Source: Pseudomonadota bacterium
GTDB lineage: Bacteria; Pseudomonadota; Gammaproteobacteria; Burkholderiales; Methylophilaceae
Assembly: GCA_040390265.1 (NCBI GenBank)
Contig: JAZJYS010000003.1
Location: forward strand, 6,129-70,128
Length of the DNA stretch: 64,000 nucleotides
Direction of reading: 5' to 3'
Positions 51,120 to 62,092 of this stretch are shown in pieces (the first letter of the stretch is position 1; each line of letters begins with the position of its first letter). Position numbers and translations under genes: made by a program. The notes beneath the pieces were generated by a model that worked only from the letters and a program-made list of their open reading frames with translations, searched no databases and was not told the origin of the DNA.

Positions 51120-54100
51120 TTATTTGAAGCTGAAAGTATACAGCACATCCACCGCGCTTTCGGTGCCGGCTTCGGCGCGTAGCGACCAGCGTGGGCTGAT
51201 GGTAAAAGTGAGTCGGGCAACATCGAGCAAACCGGTAATGCTTTTCACATAACTGAGATAAAGCTTAGATGTGAGGCGCTTGCCAAATACGAGTGACGCG
51301 CTTTCAGCATCGCCGCCAGAAAAGCTGAATTCATCCAACCCTGCGGCGCGGGCGAGTTGCGTTTGTAGCGGTACGGATTGGCCTTGTGATAGCAGTACGC
51401 CAGCCGCCAGCGACAACATGCCGTAATCATTTTTACCCGCTTGATCCATACCGTGACCGAGGACTAGCCATGACAGTTTTTCGGTTTCCGGCACGTTGGG
51501 GTCAGACACCAGTAAGGTGACGGGAATGAAGGCGCTACCTGTGATTTCAACGCCAGCATTAATCGGCTTGCTGTTGCGCATGGCGCGGATATTGAGTCCT
51601 GGGTTATCCATCGGCCCGCTGAAATTCAGAATGCCGCGCTCGATATTCAACACTTGACCATAAGCCATGTAGGTGCCTTTTTTAACTTGGATGCTGCCTT
51701 CGGTATGCGGGTGATATTGGGTTAAGCCGGTCATGGTCAGCCCCCCAATGAGTTCGGCATCAAGGCCGCGGCCACGCAGAATGAAATCATTGCCTAAATC
51801 TACATGCAAGCCATTGAGCAGAATTAATAATGCAGGCTCTTTGATGGTGGTTGATTGCCCGAGTATAACAACATCGTCGCCTAGTACTGGCGCGTCTTCA
51901 TTGGCGAGCTCTATTAGGCCTTTGTCGACGGTGAATTTTCCTTGAATAGATAATACGCCATCGGTCAGTATCGTTTGGCCTGAGCCGCTGAGGATGAGTA
52001 AGCGGTCGGCACGTGATAGCGCGGTGAATTTATCCGCAGTCCAGTTGAGGTCTATTTTTGGTTTGCCATTATCGAGTAGCATTAAACCGCTCACTTTCAA
52101 ACTGCCCGTGCCGCCTTGCCACGAGGCTTGTTTAATGAGCAGTTGGTCATTTTGAAATGCCGCCTGAAGACTGCCGTTACTTAAATTCAAGCCTTCAGAA
52201 GGGATGGCTAAGTGTAGATTTTTACCTATGACATCGCCGCTTAAATTGGGCTTGCCTAGGGTGCCATCGCCGATAACCGTCAGATTTAATTGACCGTCAA
52301 TATCAGCATCCATCAGGCTAGTGGGTAGTGGCAGCCAAGCCAGTGTTTGCAGTTGTGCCGTGCCATTCAGGGCGAGTGGTGCGCTTGCCAATAGTGCAAA
52401 GCCGGCATCCGTTTTGGTGAGCGTGGTGCCTAGTTGTGCGTTGAGTTTGCCTAGCTGATCGCCTTCAATTTTTGTAGTCAGCACGGCCTGATTGTTGGTG
52501 ATGGCAATGTCCAACTTCGCTTCTTTTAAGTCGAGTGGGCTTGCTGCATTGTTTGCTGTGCTGAATGTAAAGTCACCAGCCTCGCGCCATAGGCTGAGCT
52601 TGCCGTTTAAAGTGTCCGCCGCGTTAATGTCCCACTGGCCTGAAAATGTTGGGTTGCCTTGTAATGTGCTGGGCAGATGCAATAAGTCAGCGGGTAAATC
52701 TTTTAAGGAAAATTGCTCCAGATGACCTTGGCTGACAAGTTTATTATTAGCCGCTTGCAGGCTATTGATATAAACGCGGCCTTGGTTCAGTTGCAAAGAG
52801 GCCTGTTCCAAGCTGACGCTATCGCTAGCTATGCGCAACGGCGCTGGTGCGGTTAGCTTGAGGGGAGACTCGCCTGTGATGGTGAGCTGTTGTAAAAAGC
52901 CTTGCCAATAGGTTTTAGCGCTGACTTTATCTGTCGCTAATCCGCCTTTTAATATGCTTTCAAATTTTAGGTCTTGTTGTGGATCTAGACCTTGTGCAGA
53001 CACCACTATCTGATGGCTGGCACGTGTGCCTTGCAATGTGGCGTGGGCGTTAATTGGTGCATGCTGTCCGTAGCTAATGGCGCTGGCGGTGATGTCGCCC
53101 TCGGCTTTGCCATTTTCACCCGCTGTCAGCGTTGCCAGACCTGCCAGCTTTTCAACTTTAAAATTGTTGGAAAATTTTAGTTTTTGCGCCGCCAAGTTGA
53201 AGTGCAGTGCGAGGTTGTCAAATGTGCCATCAAGCGTGCCTTCTGAATGCACCTCACCGGCATACTCTTTACCTAATACAGTCAGGTTAGGTAAATCCGC
53301 CTTCCATGTTAAATGGCTATCTGGGCTGCCGAGGCTGCCATTGGCTTGTATGTGGTTCGTGTCAATGCCAGCTTCAAAATCCAAATGCTGAATTTGCGTG
53401 CCAGCTAGCAACAGATTCCCCGTGGCGGATAGTGGCTGACCTTGCCACTGGCTATTTTTGGCGATGATTTCCAGCTTGGCGTTAGGCGTGGGTTGTAGCG
53501 TGCCTTGCAGATTCAGGTCGAAATTGAGTAGTGCGGCTGGATAATTGCCAAGCCTTTCTGGGTGAAATTCGGTGATGTGAGCGTCGATAGTAATTGGGTA
53601 ATCTTTAGCAATATTTAGTTGACCATCGGCAACAATATGCGCAACGGCTTGGGTTGGGCTGTTGCTACCTTGCATCAAGGCGAGTTTGCCGTTTTGCTGT
53701 GCTAACCAAGCGGTGCTTTCAAAATGCAACGTTTTTAAATCGCCAGATAATAATGCTTTTACATCATAAGGCGTGTGGCCGCTTAGTTGTTTCAATGAGA
53801 CTTCGCCTGCAAGCGGAAATGGCTTTGCCGTACCCAAGCTAAGCGTTGCGGCGGCATCACCCCAAGGCGTATCGGCACGTGTTAACTTGAGGCACAGCGA
53901 TTTTTTATTGCCATCAAAACTGAATTTCACATTGCTGAGCGTTTGTCGTTTATCTGAGGTAATGATGACGAGCTCAGTAATGTCGGCTTGCTCAATACTG
54001 ATGGGGAAGGGCAGGTTGATACGGTTCGGCAGAGGCGAGTCTTTAGTATTACTCGCATCATCGCGTAGCGTTAAAATCAGGCGCTTTGCCTTTAATTGCG

Positions 54101-54299
54101 CTATTTGTAGCTTGCCGTCATTAGCAGGTGACAGCTGCCAGCGCGCGCTGAGCTTTTCCAGTTTGAGGTGGATGTTATCCAGGTCGTAATTGAAGGAATC
54201 CAGACTGGAGCTTGCGCTGAGCGACATTTCACTATGCGCAGGCGTCAATAGTAGTAGCGCAAAACTGAGCACAAGGAAGCGTAAGGTGCGGCGTAACAT
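51120..54299 (-). CDS. tamB: Translocation/assembly module TamB (DUF490)
   Basis: Long beta-rich AsmA-like body with C-terminal G.Y.AYGQ.L.I..G...F.G..DNP, LSWLVLG and GK.L...LY; follows tamA. ATG at 54299 preferred. Confidence 0.88.
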   Translation of the reverse strand: MLRRTLRFLVLSFALLLLTPAHSEMSLSASSSLDSFNYDLDNIHLKLEKLSARWQLSPANDGKLQIAQLKAKRLILTLRDDASNTKDSPLPNRINLPFPISIEQADITELVIITSDKRQTLSNVKFSFDGNKKSLCLKLTRADTPWGDAAATLSLGTAKPFPLAGEVSLKQLSGHTPYDVKALLSGDLKTLHFESTAWLAQQNGKLALMQGSNSPTQAVAHIVADGQLNIAKDYPITIDAHITEFHPERLGNYPAALLNFDLNLQGTLQPTPNAKLEIIAKNSQWQGQPLSATGNLLLAGTQIQHLDFEAGIDTNHIQANGSLGSPDSHLTWKADLPNLTVLGKEYAGEVHSEGTLDGTFDNLALHFNLAAQKLKFSNNFKVEKLAGLATLTAGENGKAEGDITASAISYGQHAPINAHATLQGTRASHQIVVSAQGLDPQQDLKFESILKGGLATDKVSAKTYWQGFLQQLTITGESPLKLTAPAPLRIASDSVSLEQASLQLNQGRVYINSLQAANNKLVSQGHLEQFSLKDLPADLLHLPSTLQGNPTFSGQWDINAADTLNGKLSLWREAGDFTFSTANNAASPLDLKEAKLDIAITNNQAVLTTKIEGDQLGKLNAQLGTTLTKTDAGFALLASAPLALNGTAQLQTLAWLPLPTSLMDADIDGQLNLTVIGDGTLGKPNLSGDVIGKNLHLAIPSEGLNLSNGSLQAAFQNDQLLIKQASWQGGTGSLKVSGLMLLDNGKPKIDLNWTADKFTALSRADRLLILSGSGQTILTDGVLSIQGKFTVDKGLIELANEDAPVLGDDVVILGQSTTIKEPALLILLNGLHVDLGNDFILRGRGLDAELIGGLTMTGLTQYHPHTEGSIQVKKGTYMAYGQVLNIERGILNFSGPMDNPGLNIRAMRNSKPINAGVEITGSAFIPVTLLVSDPNVPETEKLSWLVLGHGMDQAGKNDYGMLSLAAGVLLSQGQSVPLQTQLARAAGLDEFSFSGGDAESASLVFGKRLTSKLYLSYVKSITGLLDVARLTFTISPRWSLRAEAGTESAVDVLYTFSFK

Positions 54300-54312
54300 T
54301 AGCGTTTTTCCA

Positions 54313-56100
54313 TCAGAATGCCACGCCGATATTAAAGTGCATGCGGTATTCGCCGGTTTTTTGACCATAGGCGATGTCCGCCCCTATTGGGCCTACAGGG
54401 CTTTTCCAGCGCGCACCTAGTCCGTAGCCATAGACAGGTTTCAGGTCTTGCAGCGTATTAGCCGCATTACCGGCATCCACAAATAGTGCGGCACCCCATT
54501 CTGGGGTGAGCCATTGCACCAGTTCAACGCTACCGGTTGCAAGGTAACGACCACCGACAATGGCGTCGCCTTCAGTCACTCCTAAGCTTTGATAGCTATA
54601 GCCGCGAACGGACTGGTCGCCACCGGCACGAAATAAGAACGCCGCCGGTGCGCTGTTTTTGCCGTTGACCATACCCATTTCGGCACGTGCAATGAGTTGC
54701 GTACTCGCTGTGATGGGGTAGTAGCCTTGTACCTTGATGTAGCTTTGCAAAAACTTGCCATCTGCCAGCGCATCAAGTGGTGCGCCAGCAAATTGTGCAT
54801 TGAATAAATAGCCGCGTGTCGGGTTGAGGTCATTGTCGGTATGCCGGAGTGTAATGCCGTAAGCCAATGTAGCAGCGTGATTGCTGGAGGATGCCGCACC
54901 ATCCACATCAATGCGCTCGGTAATTAAGTTTGCGCCGATATACTGTTCGCGTTTGCGTGGCCCCCAAGCGCGTTTGATACCAGCTTTTGTGGCGGTAATG
55001 GTTTCCCCCTGAATCGTTGTCTGACCCGCGCTGGCGCTCATGCTGTCACGATAGCCTTCTGCCGTGGTGGGCAGGCTAATCTGTCCGCTTAGCAGCTGTG
55101 CTTTTTGTTCAACCTTTAACGCGCTAGTGAGCCACCAGCCGCGACCGAACAAGTTTAAATCATCAAAAGTAAGCTGGGTGCGCGCGCCCATATTGGTGCT
55201 GTAACCTGCACCTAAGCCGACTTTGACGGCACGATTCTCTTCAACGACCACTTTGATCGGCGCAATCAGGCTGGGTGAGCCATCGGCATTGCTGGCTTTG
55301 GTGTCGGTTTTAATGTCTACAGTACGAAAGTAGCCGCTGCTTTGGAGGCGAGACTGAAATGTGAGTAAGTCGGACTGACTATAAATGCTATTAGGTTTGA
55401 TGGGATTGAGGTTTTCGATAATGCTCGCTGGATAGCGCTTTAAGCCTTCAATGCTCAAATTGCCAAAGCGGATTGAGGCGCCACTGTCGACTTCAACCAG
55501 CAATGCAGCTGTATTAGTTTGCACATTCACGGTGGCGCTACTTTGGCTAATGCTGGCGTTTGGGTAACGTTGAATCAACAGCGCTGCCAGCATGCTACGC
55601 TTGGCTTGGCTCCAATCCTCTTGCCGAAATGGCATGCCAGATTTTAGCATCCAGTCTTCTTGTAGTTTTCTGATGTTGGGTTGTTCTTTGCTGGTTTGCT
55701 GAGTAATGTCGCCGGTGAAGTGTAGTGTAACGTCTTGAATTAAAACCGGAGGACCCGGTTCCACCGTAAATTTGGCGACGGAAACCCCATTCGTCAAGGT
55801 CAGCGATGAATTAATCATTGGTGAAAAGTAGCCTTCAGTTGCGAGTAAATCTTTAATATTTTGCGGTGCGGCAATGGATAGGCGCTGCCATTCGGCGGGT
55901 GTTGTGCGCGGATTATCGCGCCATTTGATGATGTCTAAGTGCTTGCGTAGTAGTTGGCTGAGTGGCGAGGGGGCGATAATTTCAACCTGATAAGCGGTTT
56001 CGCCAGCTTGTGCCTTTACGCAAAGTAACGTTATACAAAAAAATAAGTGTGTCAGGCCGATTAAAAGGGGTTTGCCTAAGTTTTGCCCGCTTTTAATCAT
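54313..56100 (-). CDS. tamA: Translocation/assembly module TamA (Omp85)
   Basis: POTRA repeats (EGYF, SGYF), F.AGGDQSVRGY, W.SPVGP and terminal Phe. Confidence 0.92.
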   Translation of the reverse strand: MIKSGQNLGKPLLIGLTHLFFCITLLCVKAQAGETAYQVEIIAPSPLSQLLRKHLDIIKWRDNPRTTPAEWQRLSIAAPQNIKDLLATEGYFSPMINSSLTLTNGVSVAKFTVEPGPPVLIQDVTLHFTGDITQQTSKEQPNIRKLQEDWMLKSGMPFRQEDWSQAKRSMLAALLIQRYPNASISQSSATVNVQTNTAALLVEVDSGASIRFGNLSIEGLKRYPASIIENLNPIKPNSIYSQSDLLTFQSRLQSSGYFRTVDIKTDTKASNADGSPSLIAPIKVVVEENRAVKVGLGAGYSTNMGARTQLTFDDLNLFGRGWWLTSALKVEQKAQLLSGQISLPTTAEGYRDSMSASAGQTTIQGETITATKAGIKRAWGPRKREQYIGANLITERIDVDGAASSSNHAATLAYGITLRHTDNDLNPTRGYLFNAQFAGAPLDALADGKFLQSYIKVQGYYPITASTQLIARAEMGMVNGKNSAPAAFLFRAGGDQSVRGYSYQSLGVTEGDAIVGGRYLATGSVELVQWLTPEWGAALFVDAGNAANTLQDLKPVYGYGLGARWKSPVGPIGADIAYGQKTGEYRMHFNIGVAF

Positions 56101-56123
56101 TGACCTGAAACATGTTGTGGCTG

Positions 56124-57544
<1,421 letters not shown>

Positions 57545-57616
57545 TTACATTAAGACTTTGCTACGCATTTTTCTTTGGGTGAGATCGCTAATCCCTAGTT
57601 AGCCGAGGAGGAATTG

Positions 57617-57655
57617 ATGGCTGTCGTTTATTTGTGTAAATGGCTGTGCTATTAA
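57617..57655 (+). other. Candidate micro-ORF MAVVYLCKWLCY upstream of fumarase
   Basis: GAGGAGG at 57605-57611, 5 nt before an ATG; 12 codons then TAA. Confidence 0.35.
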
Positions 57656-57791
57656 TGCTTGAGGTCTACACTTTGCTATATCAATCTCTATCGTAGTAAT
57701 ATGCATTGCAAGCATTCATGTCATGAGTAATTAAGGAAGTTTTAGTGAGTATTCAGTCAACAATAAATTGTTTTTATAGTGTGTGTAGAAC

Positions 57792-59336
57792 ATGAAATCC
57801 AGTCAAGTAACCGTCATCAAGCAAGAAGATTTTATTCAAAGCATAGCCGATGCTTTGCAATATATTTCTTATTACCATCCCGTTGATTACATTCAAGCTT
57901 TGGGTCGGGCGTATGAGGCCGAGCAGTCACCAGCCGCTAAAGATGCAATCGCCCAGATATTAACGAATTCGCGCATGTGTGCTGAAGGCAGGCGGCCGCT
58001 TTGTCAGGACACGGGTATTGTCGTTGCATTTGTTAAAGTGGGCATGCATGTGCATTGGGATGCAACGCTCGATGTTGAGCAAATGGTGAATGAAGGTGTG
58101 CGCCGCGCTTATTTGCTGCCAGACAATAAACTACGTGCCTCATTGGTAGATGACCCCGCTGGCAGACGCTTGAATACTAAAGATAACACGCCGGCTGTGG
58201 TGCATGTATCGCTGGTGGCTGGCGATAAGATTGAAGTCAGCATTGCCGCAAAAGGTGGTGGATCTGAAAATAAAGCCCAGCTTGCCATGCTCAACCCGAA
58301 TGACAGTATTGTGGATTGGATATTAGAGGTTGTGCCTACTATGGGTGCTGGCTGGTGTCCGCCGGGCATGCTGGGCATTGGTATTGGCGGCACGGCAGAA
58401 AAAGCCATGTTACTGGCTAAAGAATCGCTGATGGCGCCGATTGATATGCACGAGCTGCAAGCAAAAGGCGCAAGCAATCGTGTGGAAGAGTTGCGGCTGG
58501 AAATTTTTGAGAAAGTGAATAATTTAGGCATAGGCGCGCAAGGCTTGGGCGGCTTGGCTACGGTGTTGGATGTCAAAATTCTGGATTACCCAACCCATGC
58601 TGCCAGTTTACCTGTGGCGATTATTCCAAACTGCGCCGCGACGCGGCATGTGCATTTTGAGTTGGATGGTCATGGTGCCGTGGAGCTTGAGGCACCGAAT
58701 CTTGAGGATTGGCCTCAAGTAAGCTGGGCGCCGAGTGAGGCTGCATTACGCGTGAATTTGGATACCATTACCAAACAAGAGATGCAGCATTGGCAGCCTG
58801 GACAAACATTGTTGCTGAGTGGAAAGCTGCTCACAGGCCGCGATGCAGCACATCAACGTATTGCTACAATGTTGGCGGCAGGTGAGAAGTTGCCGGTAGA
58901 TTTCACCAACCGTTTTATTTACTACGTAGGGCCTGTAGACCCTGTGCGTGATGAGGCAGTAGGCCCAGCAGGACCGACAACGGCTACACGTATGGATGAT
59001 TTTACCGAAATGATGCTTAGCCAAACAGGTTTGATTGGCATGGTGGGTAAGGCTGAGCGTGGTGATGTGGCGATTCAGGCTATTGCCAAACATCAGTCTG
59101 TGTATTTAACGGCTGTGGGTGGTGCGGCGTATCTGGTGAGCAGGGCGATTAAGAAAGCTGAGGTGATTGCCTTTGCCGATTTGGGGATGGAAGCGATTTA
59201 CGAGTTTACGGTGCAAGATATGCCGGTAACGGTGGCTGTCGACGCCAAAGGCGCTTCAGTACACATTACTGGGCCTGCCGAATGGAAGGCGAAAATCCTA
59301 CAACACCAGATAGTGCCTATCTATAATGAGCCTTAA
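57792..59336 (+). CDS. Class I (Fe-S) fumarate hydratase
   Basis: PLCQDTG, KGGGSEN, GWCPP, CAATR, GRDAAH, GPTTATRMD and DLGMEAI. Confidence 0.93.
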   Translation: MKSSQVTVIKQEDFIQSIADALQYISYYHPVDYIQALGRAYEAEQSPAAKDAIAQILTNSRMCAEGRRPLCQDTGIVVAFVKVGMHVHWDATLDVEQMVNEGVRRAYLLPDNKLRASLVDDPAGRRLNTKDNTPAVVHVSLVAGDKIEVSIAAKGGGSENKAQLAMLNPNDSIVDWILEVVPTMGAGWCPPGMLGIGIGGTAEKAMLLAKESLMAPIDMHELQAKGASNRVEELRLEIFEKVNNLGIGAQGLGGLATVLDVKILDYPTHAASLPVAIIPNCAATRHVHFELDGHGAVELEAPNLEDWPQVSWAPSEAALRVNLDTITKQEMQHWQPGQTLLLSGKLLTGRDAAHQRIATMLAAGEKLPVDFTNRFIYYVGPVDPVRDEAVGPAGPTTATRMDDFTEMMLSQTGLIGMVGKAERGDVAIQAIAKHQSVYLTAVGGAAYLVSRAIKKAEVIAFADLGMEAIYEFTVQDMPVTVAVDAKGASVHITGPAEWKAKILQHQIVPIYNEP

Positions 59337-59459
59337 GAGTGTGCCTTAAGTCACAGAGTAAATTGCGCTGTTGGTTTTAAACTGGTGGCCTTAATATTAG
59401 CTGACTAAATACCGGCCGGCTAATATCAGTACACTAATATTAGCCCATTAAGGAAAACC

Positions 59460-59783
59460 ATGTGCGTACATAAGCCGATGAAACTGATATTACAATTTTC
59501 TATCGCGTTTTGCCTCAGTTCTGTAGTTACATTTGTGTATGCTGAGGACGTGTTGAGCGCGCTAACAGCGCAAGAGGCCAAATACACCGGACCTTCAGTT
59601 GAAGACAATATCGCACTGATGGATACCGATAAGAATGGTTTTGCTGATGTGTTTGAAGTGCGGGCTTTTTTGGTGTTAAAGCACGGCAAAGACTACCAAA
59701 AAGAGTTGCTTGATCAATGGGAGTCTTCTGCGCGTGGTAAAAGTTGCAGCACGCCTTTCGCTAAAGATTTATACCTGAAGTAA
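59460..59783 (+). CDS. Exported small protein with a single EF-hand loop
   Basis: AAGGA SD, signal peptide ending VYA, and canonical 12-residue loop DTDKNGFADVFE. Confidence 0.75.
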   Translation: MCVHKPMKLILQFSIAFCLSSVVTFVYAEDVLSALTAQEAKYTGPSVEDNIALMDTDKNGFADVFEVRAFLVLKHGKDYQKELLDQWESSARGKSCSTPFAKDLYLK

Positions 59784-60293
59784 GCTTGTGGTGACGGTTG
59801 ATTTGGTATCACTTTTCCACAGTAAATACACGCGGCAATCAAATTCTAGCTGGTGGTAGTTTGGCTCCATGTACTGGCACATTTGGTAAAAGGCCTTGTC
59901 ATGGTTACGCTCTTTTAAGTGTGCTAGTTCGTGTACGACAATCATGCGTAAGAATTCAGCGGGCGATGTTTTAAAAAAAGAAGAGATTCTGATTTCTTTT
60001 TTTGCTTTTAGCTTTCCGCCCTGCACGCGCAAGATGGCCGTATTTAATCCCAGCGCATGATGGTCGATGCCTAGCTTGCTGTCGTAATGTACTTTGTCTA
60101 ACAGTGGCGCGTTACGTAGAAATTCTTGTTTAATGCCATTGCTGTATTGATACAGGGCTTTATCGGTTTGTATTGTGTGTGATTGCGGATAGCGATGCGT
60201 AATGTACTCGCCTAGCTTGTCTTGTGCCTGTAATTGTCGAATCTTGTCTTGCAGCGTGGCGGGGTAGTGTTGCAGGTATTTAAGCGGTGTCAT
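59769..60293 (-). CDS. YgjP/DUF45-like metal-dependent hydrolase
   Basis: LKYL..YP, ALGL, GGKLKAKKEIR, VVHELAHLKE..H and FDCR.YL. Confidence 0.88.
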   Translation of the reverse strand: MTPLKYLQHYPATLQDKIRQLQAQDKLGEYITHRYPQSHTIQTDKALYQYSNGIKQEFLRNAPLLDKVHYDSKLGIDHHALGLNTAILRVQGGKLKAKKEIRISSFFKTSPAEFLRMIVVHELAHLKERNHDKAFYQMCQYMEPNYHQLEFDCRVYLLWKSDTKSTVTTSLLQV

Positions 60294-60323
60294 AAAGGTT
60301 TGGGCTATCTAGTGCATGCAAGT

Positions 60324-60352
60324 AAAAAAAGGAGGCGAGGCCTCCTTTTTTT
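60324..60352 (-). terminator. Intrinsic terminator after fdxA (symmetric)
   Basis: AAAAAAAGGAGGC-GAG-GCCTCCTTTTTTT. Confidence 0.9.
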
Positions 60353-60369
60353 ATTTGCAGGCTGATGAA

Positions 60370-60693
60370 TTACTCAATCAGTAAATCACGTTTACCTGGT
60401 ACGCCATTCATGGCATCAGCATCTTCCAAAGGTGCTTTACGCGCGGTAATCACTGGCCATACTTTAGCTAAACGGGCATTGAGCTCAATGTACTCTTGCT
60501 GATCTGCTGGCACGTCATCTTCGGCAAAAATTGCTTCAGCTGGGCACTCTGCGACACATAGTGTGCAATCAATACATTCGTCAGGATTAATTGCCAAGAA
60601 GTTTGGACCTTCTACAAAGCAATCAACAGGGCAAACATCAACACAGTCAGTAAATTTGCATTGAACACAGTTTTCGGTAACGACGTAAGTCAT
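60370..60693 (-). CDS. fdxA: 7Fe-type ferredoxin FdxA
   Basis: [25 protein letters not shown] and [15 protein letters not shown]. Confidence 0.93.
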   Translation of the reverse strand: MTYVVTENCVQCKFTDCVDVCPVDCFVEGPNFLAINPDECIDCTLCVAECPAEAIFAEDDVPADQQEYIELNARLAKVWPVITARKAPLEDADAMNGVPGKRDLLIE

Positions 60694-60778
60694 TTTTTAT
60701 TCCTTGTACAGCTTTAGAAGTTAAAGCGTTATTTTAATGGATTTTAGTCTTGTTGAGTATCTAGGTTATTGATATAGA

Positions 60779-62092
60779 TTAAACAATCATGCCTGCACCA
60801 ACAGTATTATTGGTACTTTCATCAATAATAATGAATGCACCTGTCGCACGGTTAACACCATAACTATCGACCATCAACGGTTGTGCTAGTTTGAATGTTA
60901 CGTGTGCAATATCGTTCATTTTCAGATCAGTAGTGGCTTGTTGTTCTAAAGTATTCACATCTACTTTGTACTGAATTGAGCCGACTTTAGCTTTAGATTC
61001 ACGTGTTGTGTGACGCACGATGTAGGTGCGTGCCGTTGACATCGGTGTTTCAGATAGCCAGCACACAAAGGCATTAATCTGTTTTACCGGTTCTTGCGCT
61101 TCGCTTGATTTTACAATCATGTCGCCACGTGAAGTGTCGATTTCGTCTTCTAAAAGCAGGGTGACGCTTTGCTCGGTTGTAGCCGTCTGTAATTGCGCTT
61201 CACCTAACTGAATGGCTTTTACTTTTGATGTGTAGCCATTTGGCAATACAGTGACAGCATCACCAACAGAAATTTCACCTGATTCGATACGCCCCATAAA
61301 GCCGCGGAAGTCATGTAACTCAGGATTGTCAGAAGCGTGTGGACGGCAGACAAATTGCACCGGGAAGCGGAATGGTTCAGCGTGTTCTGAATGTGCTGGT
61401 GGTGTCGCTTCCAGAATTTCAATCATTGTTGGGCCTTTATACCAAGGCATACCATCCAGACGATCTACCAGCATATCACCGTTAAGTGCAGACATTGGAA
61501 TAAAGCTGATATCGTGACCAGCCGCGATTTTGCTTTGTGCCAGACCAATTTCGTTAGCAAATGCCAAGTAGTCAGCACAGATTTTGTCATACACCGCTTG
61601 GTCGTAATTTACTAAGTCCATCTTGTTGACGGCAACCACAATGTGTGGGATCCCAACCAAGTGAGCGAGGTAAGAGTGGCGTCGTGTTTGCGTGAGTACA
61701 CCTTTACGAGCATCAATTAAAATAATGGCTAAGTTAGCGGTTGATGCCGCTGTCACCATGTTACGTGTGTATTGCTCATGACCTGGCGCATCGGCAATGA
61801 TGTATTTACGTGTACCCGTTGAGAAGTAACGGTAGGCCACGTCAATAGTAATGCCTTGTTCACGTTCTGCTTGCAGGCCGTCAGTCAGTAATGACAAGTC
61901 AACGGCTGTCAGGCCGCGCTTTTCTGACGTACGTGTCATTTGTGTCAGCGTGTCCGCCAGAATGGTTTTGGTGTCAAATAGCAGGCGGCCGATTAATGTG
62001 CTTTTACCATCATCTACGCTACCGCAAGTCATGAAGCGGAGCAGGCTGTCGTTGTGTTGTGTACTTACATTTTGCATATTAGAGCTGCTCAT
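60779..62092 (-). CDS. cysN: Sulfate adenylyltransferase GTPase subunit (no fused APS kinase)
   Basis: GSVDDGKSTL, EREQGITID, DAPGHEQYTRNM and NKMD. Confidence 0.95.
   Translation of the reverse strand: MSSSNMQNVSTQHNDSLLRFMTCGSVDDGKSTLIGRLLFDTKTILADTLTQMTRTSEKRGLTAVDLSLLTDGLQAEREQGITIDVAYRYFSTGTRKYIIADAPGHEQYTRNMVTAASTANLAIILIDARKGVLTQTRRHSYLAHLVGIPHIVVAVNKMDLVNYDQAVYDKICADYLAFANEIGLAQSKIAAGHDISFIPMSALNGDMLVDRLDGMPWYKGPTMIEILEATPPAHSEHAEPFRFPVQFVCRPHASDNPELHDFRGFMGRIESGEISVGDAVTVLPNGYTSKVKAIQLGEAQLQTATTEQSVTLLLEDEIDTSRGDMIVKSSEAQEPVKQINAFVCWLSETPMSTARTYIVRHTTRESKAKVGSIQYKVDVNTLEQQATTDLKMNDIAHVTFKLAQPLMVDSYGVNRATGAFIIIDESTNNTVGAGMIV

Noticed and set aside
57671-57684. FNR-like half site (CTTTG-CTAT-ATCAA) upstream of fumarase
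   Set aside because: Only the right half matches, unlike the three perfect boxes elsewhere.
59769-59783. 15-nt 3' overlap of the EF-hand gene and the ygjP-like gene
   Set aside because: Short convergent overlaps are common, and nothing suggests functional coupling.
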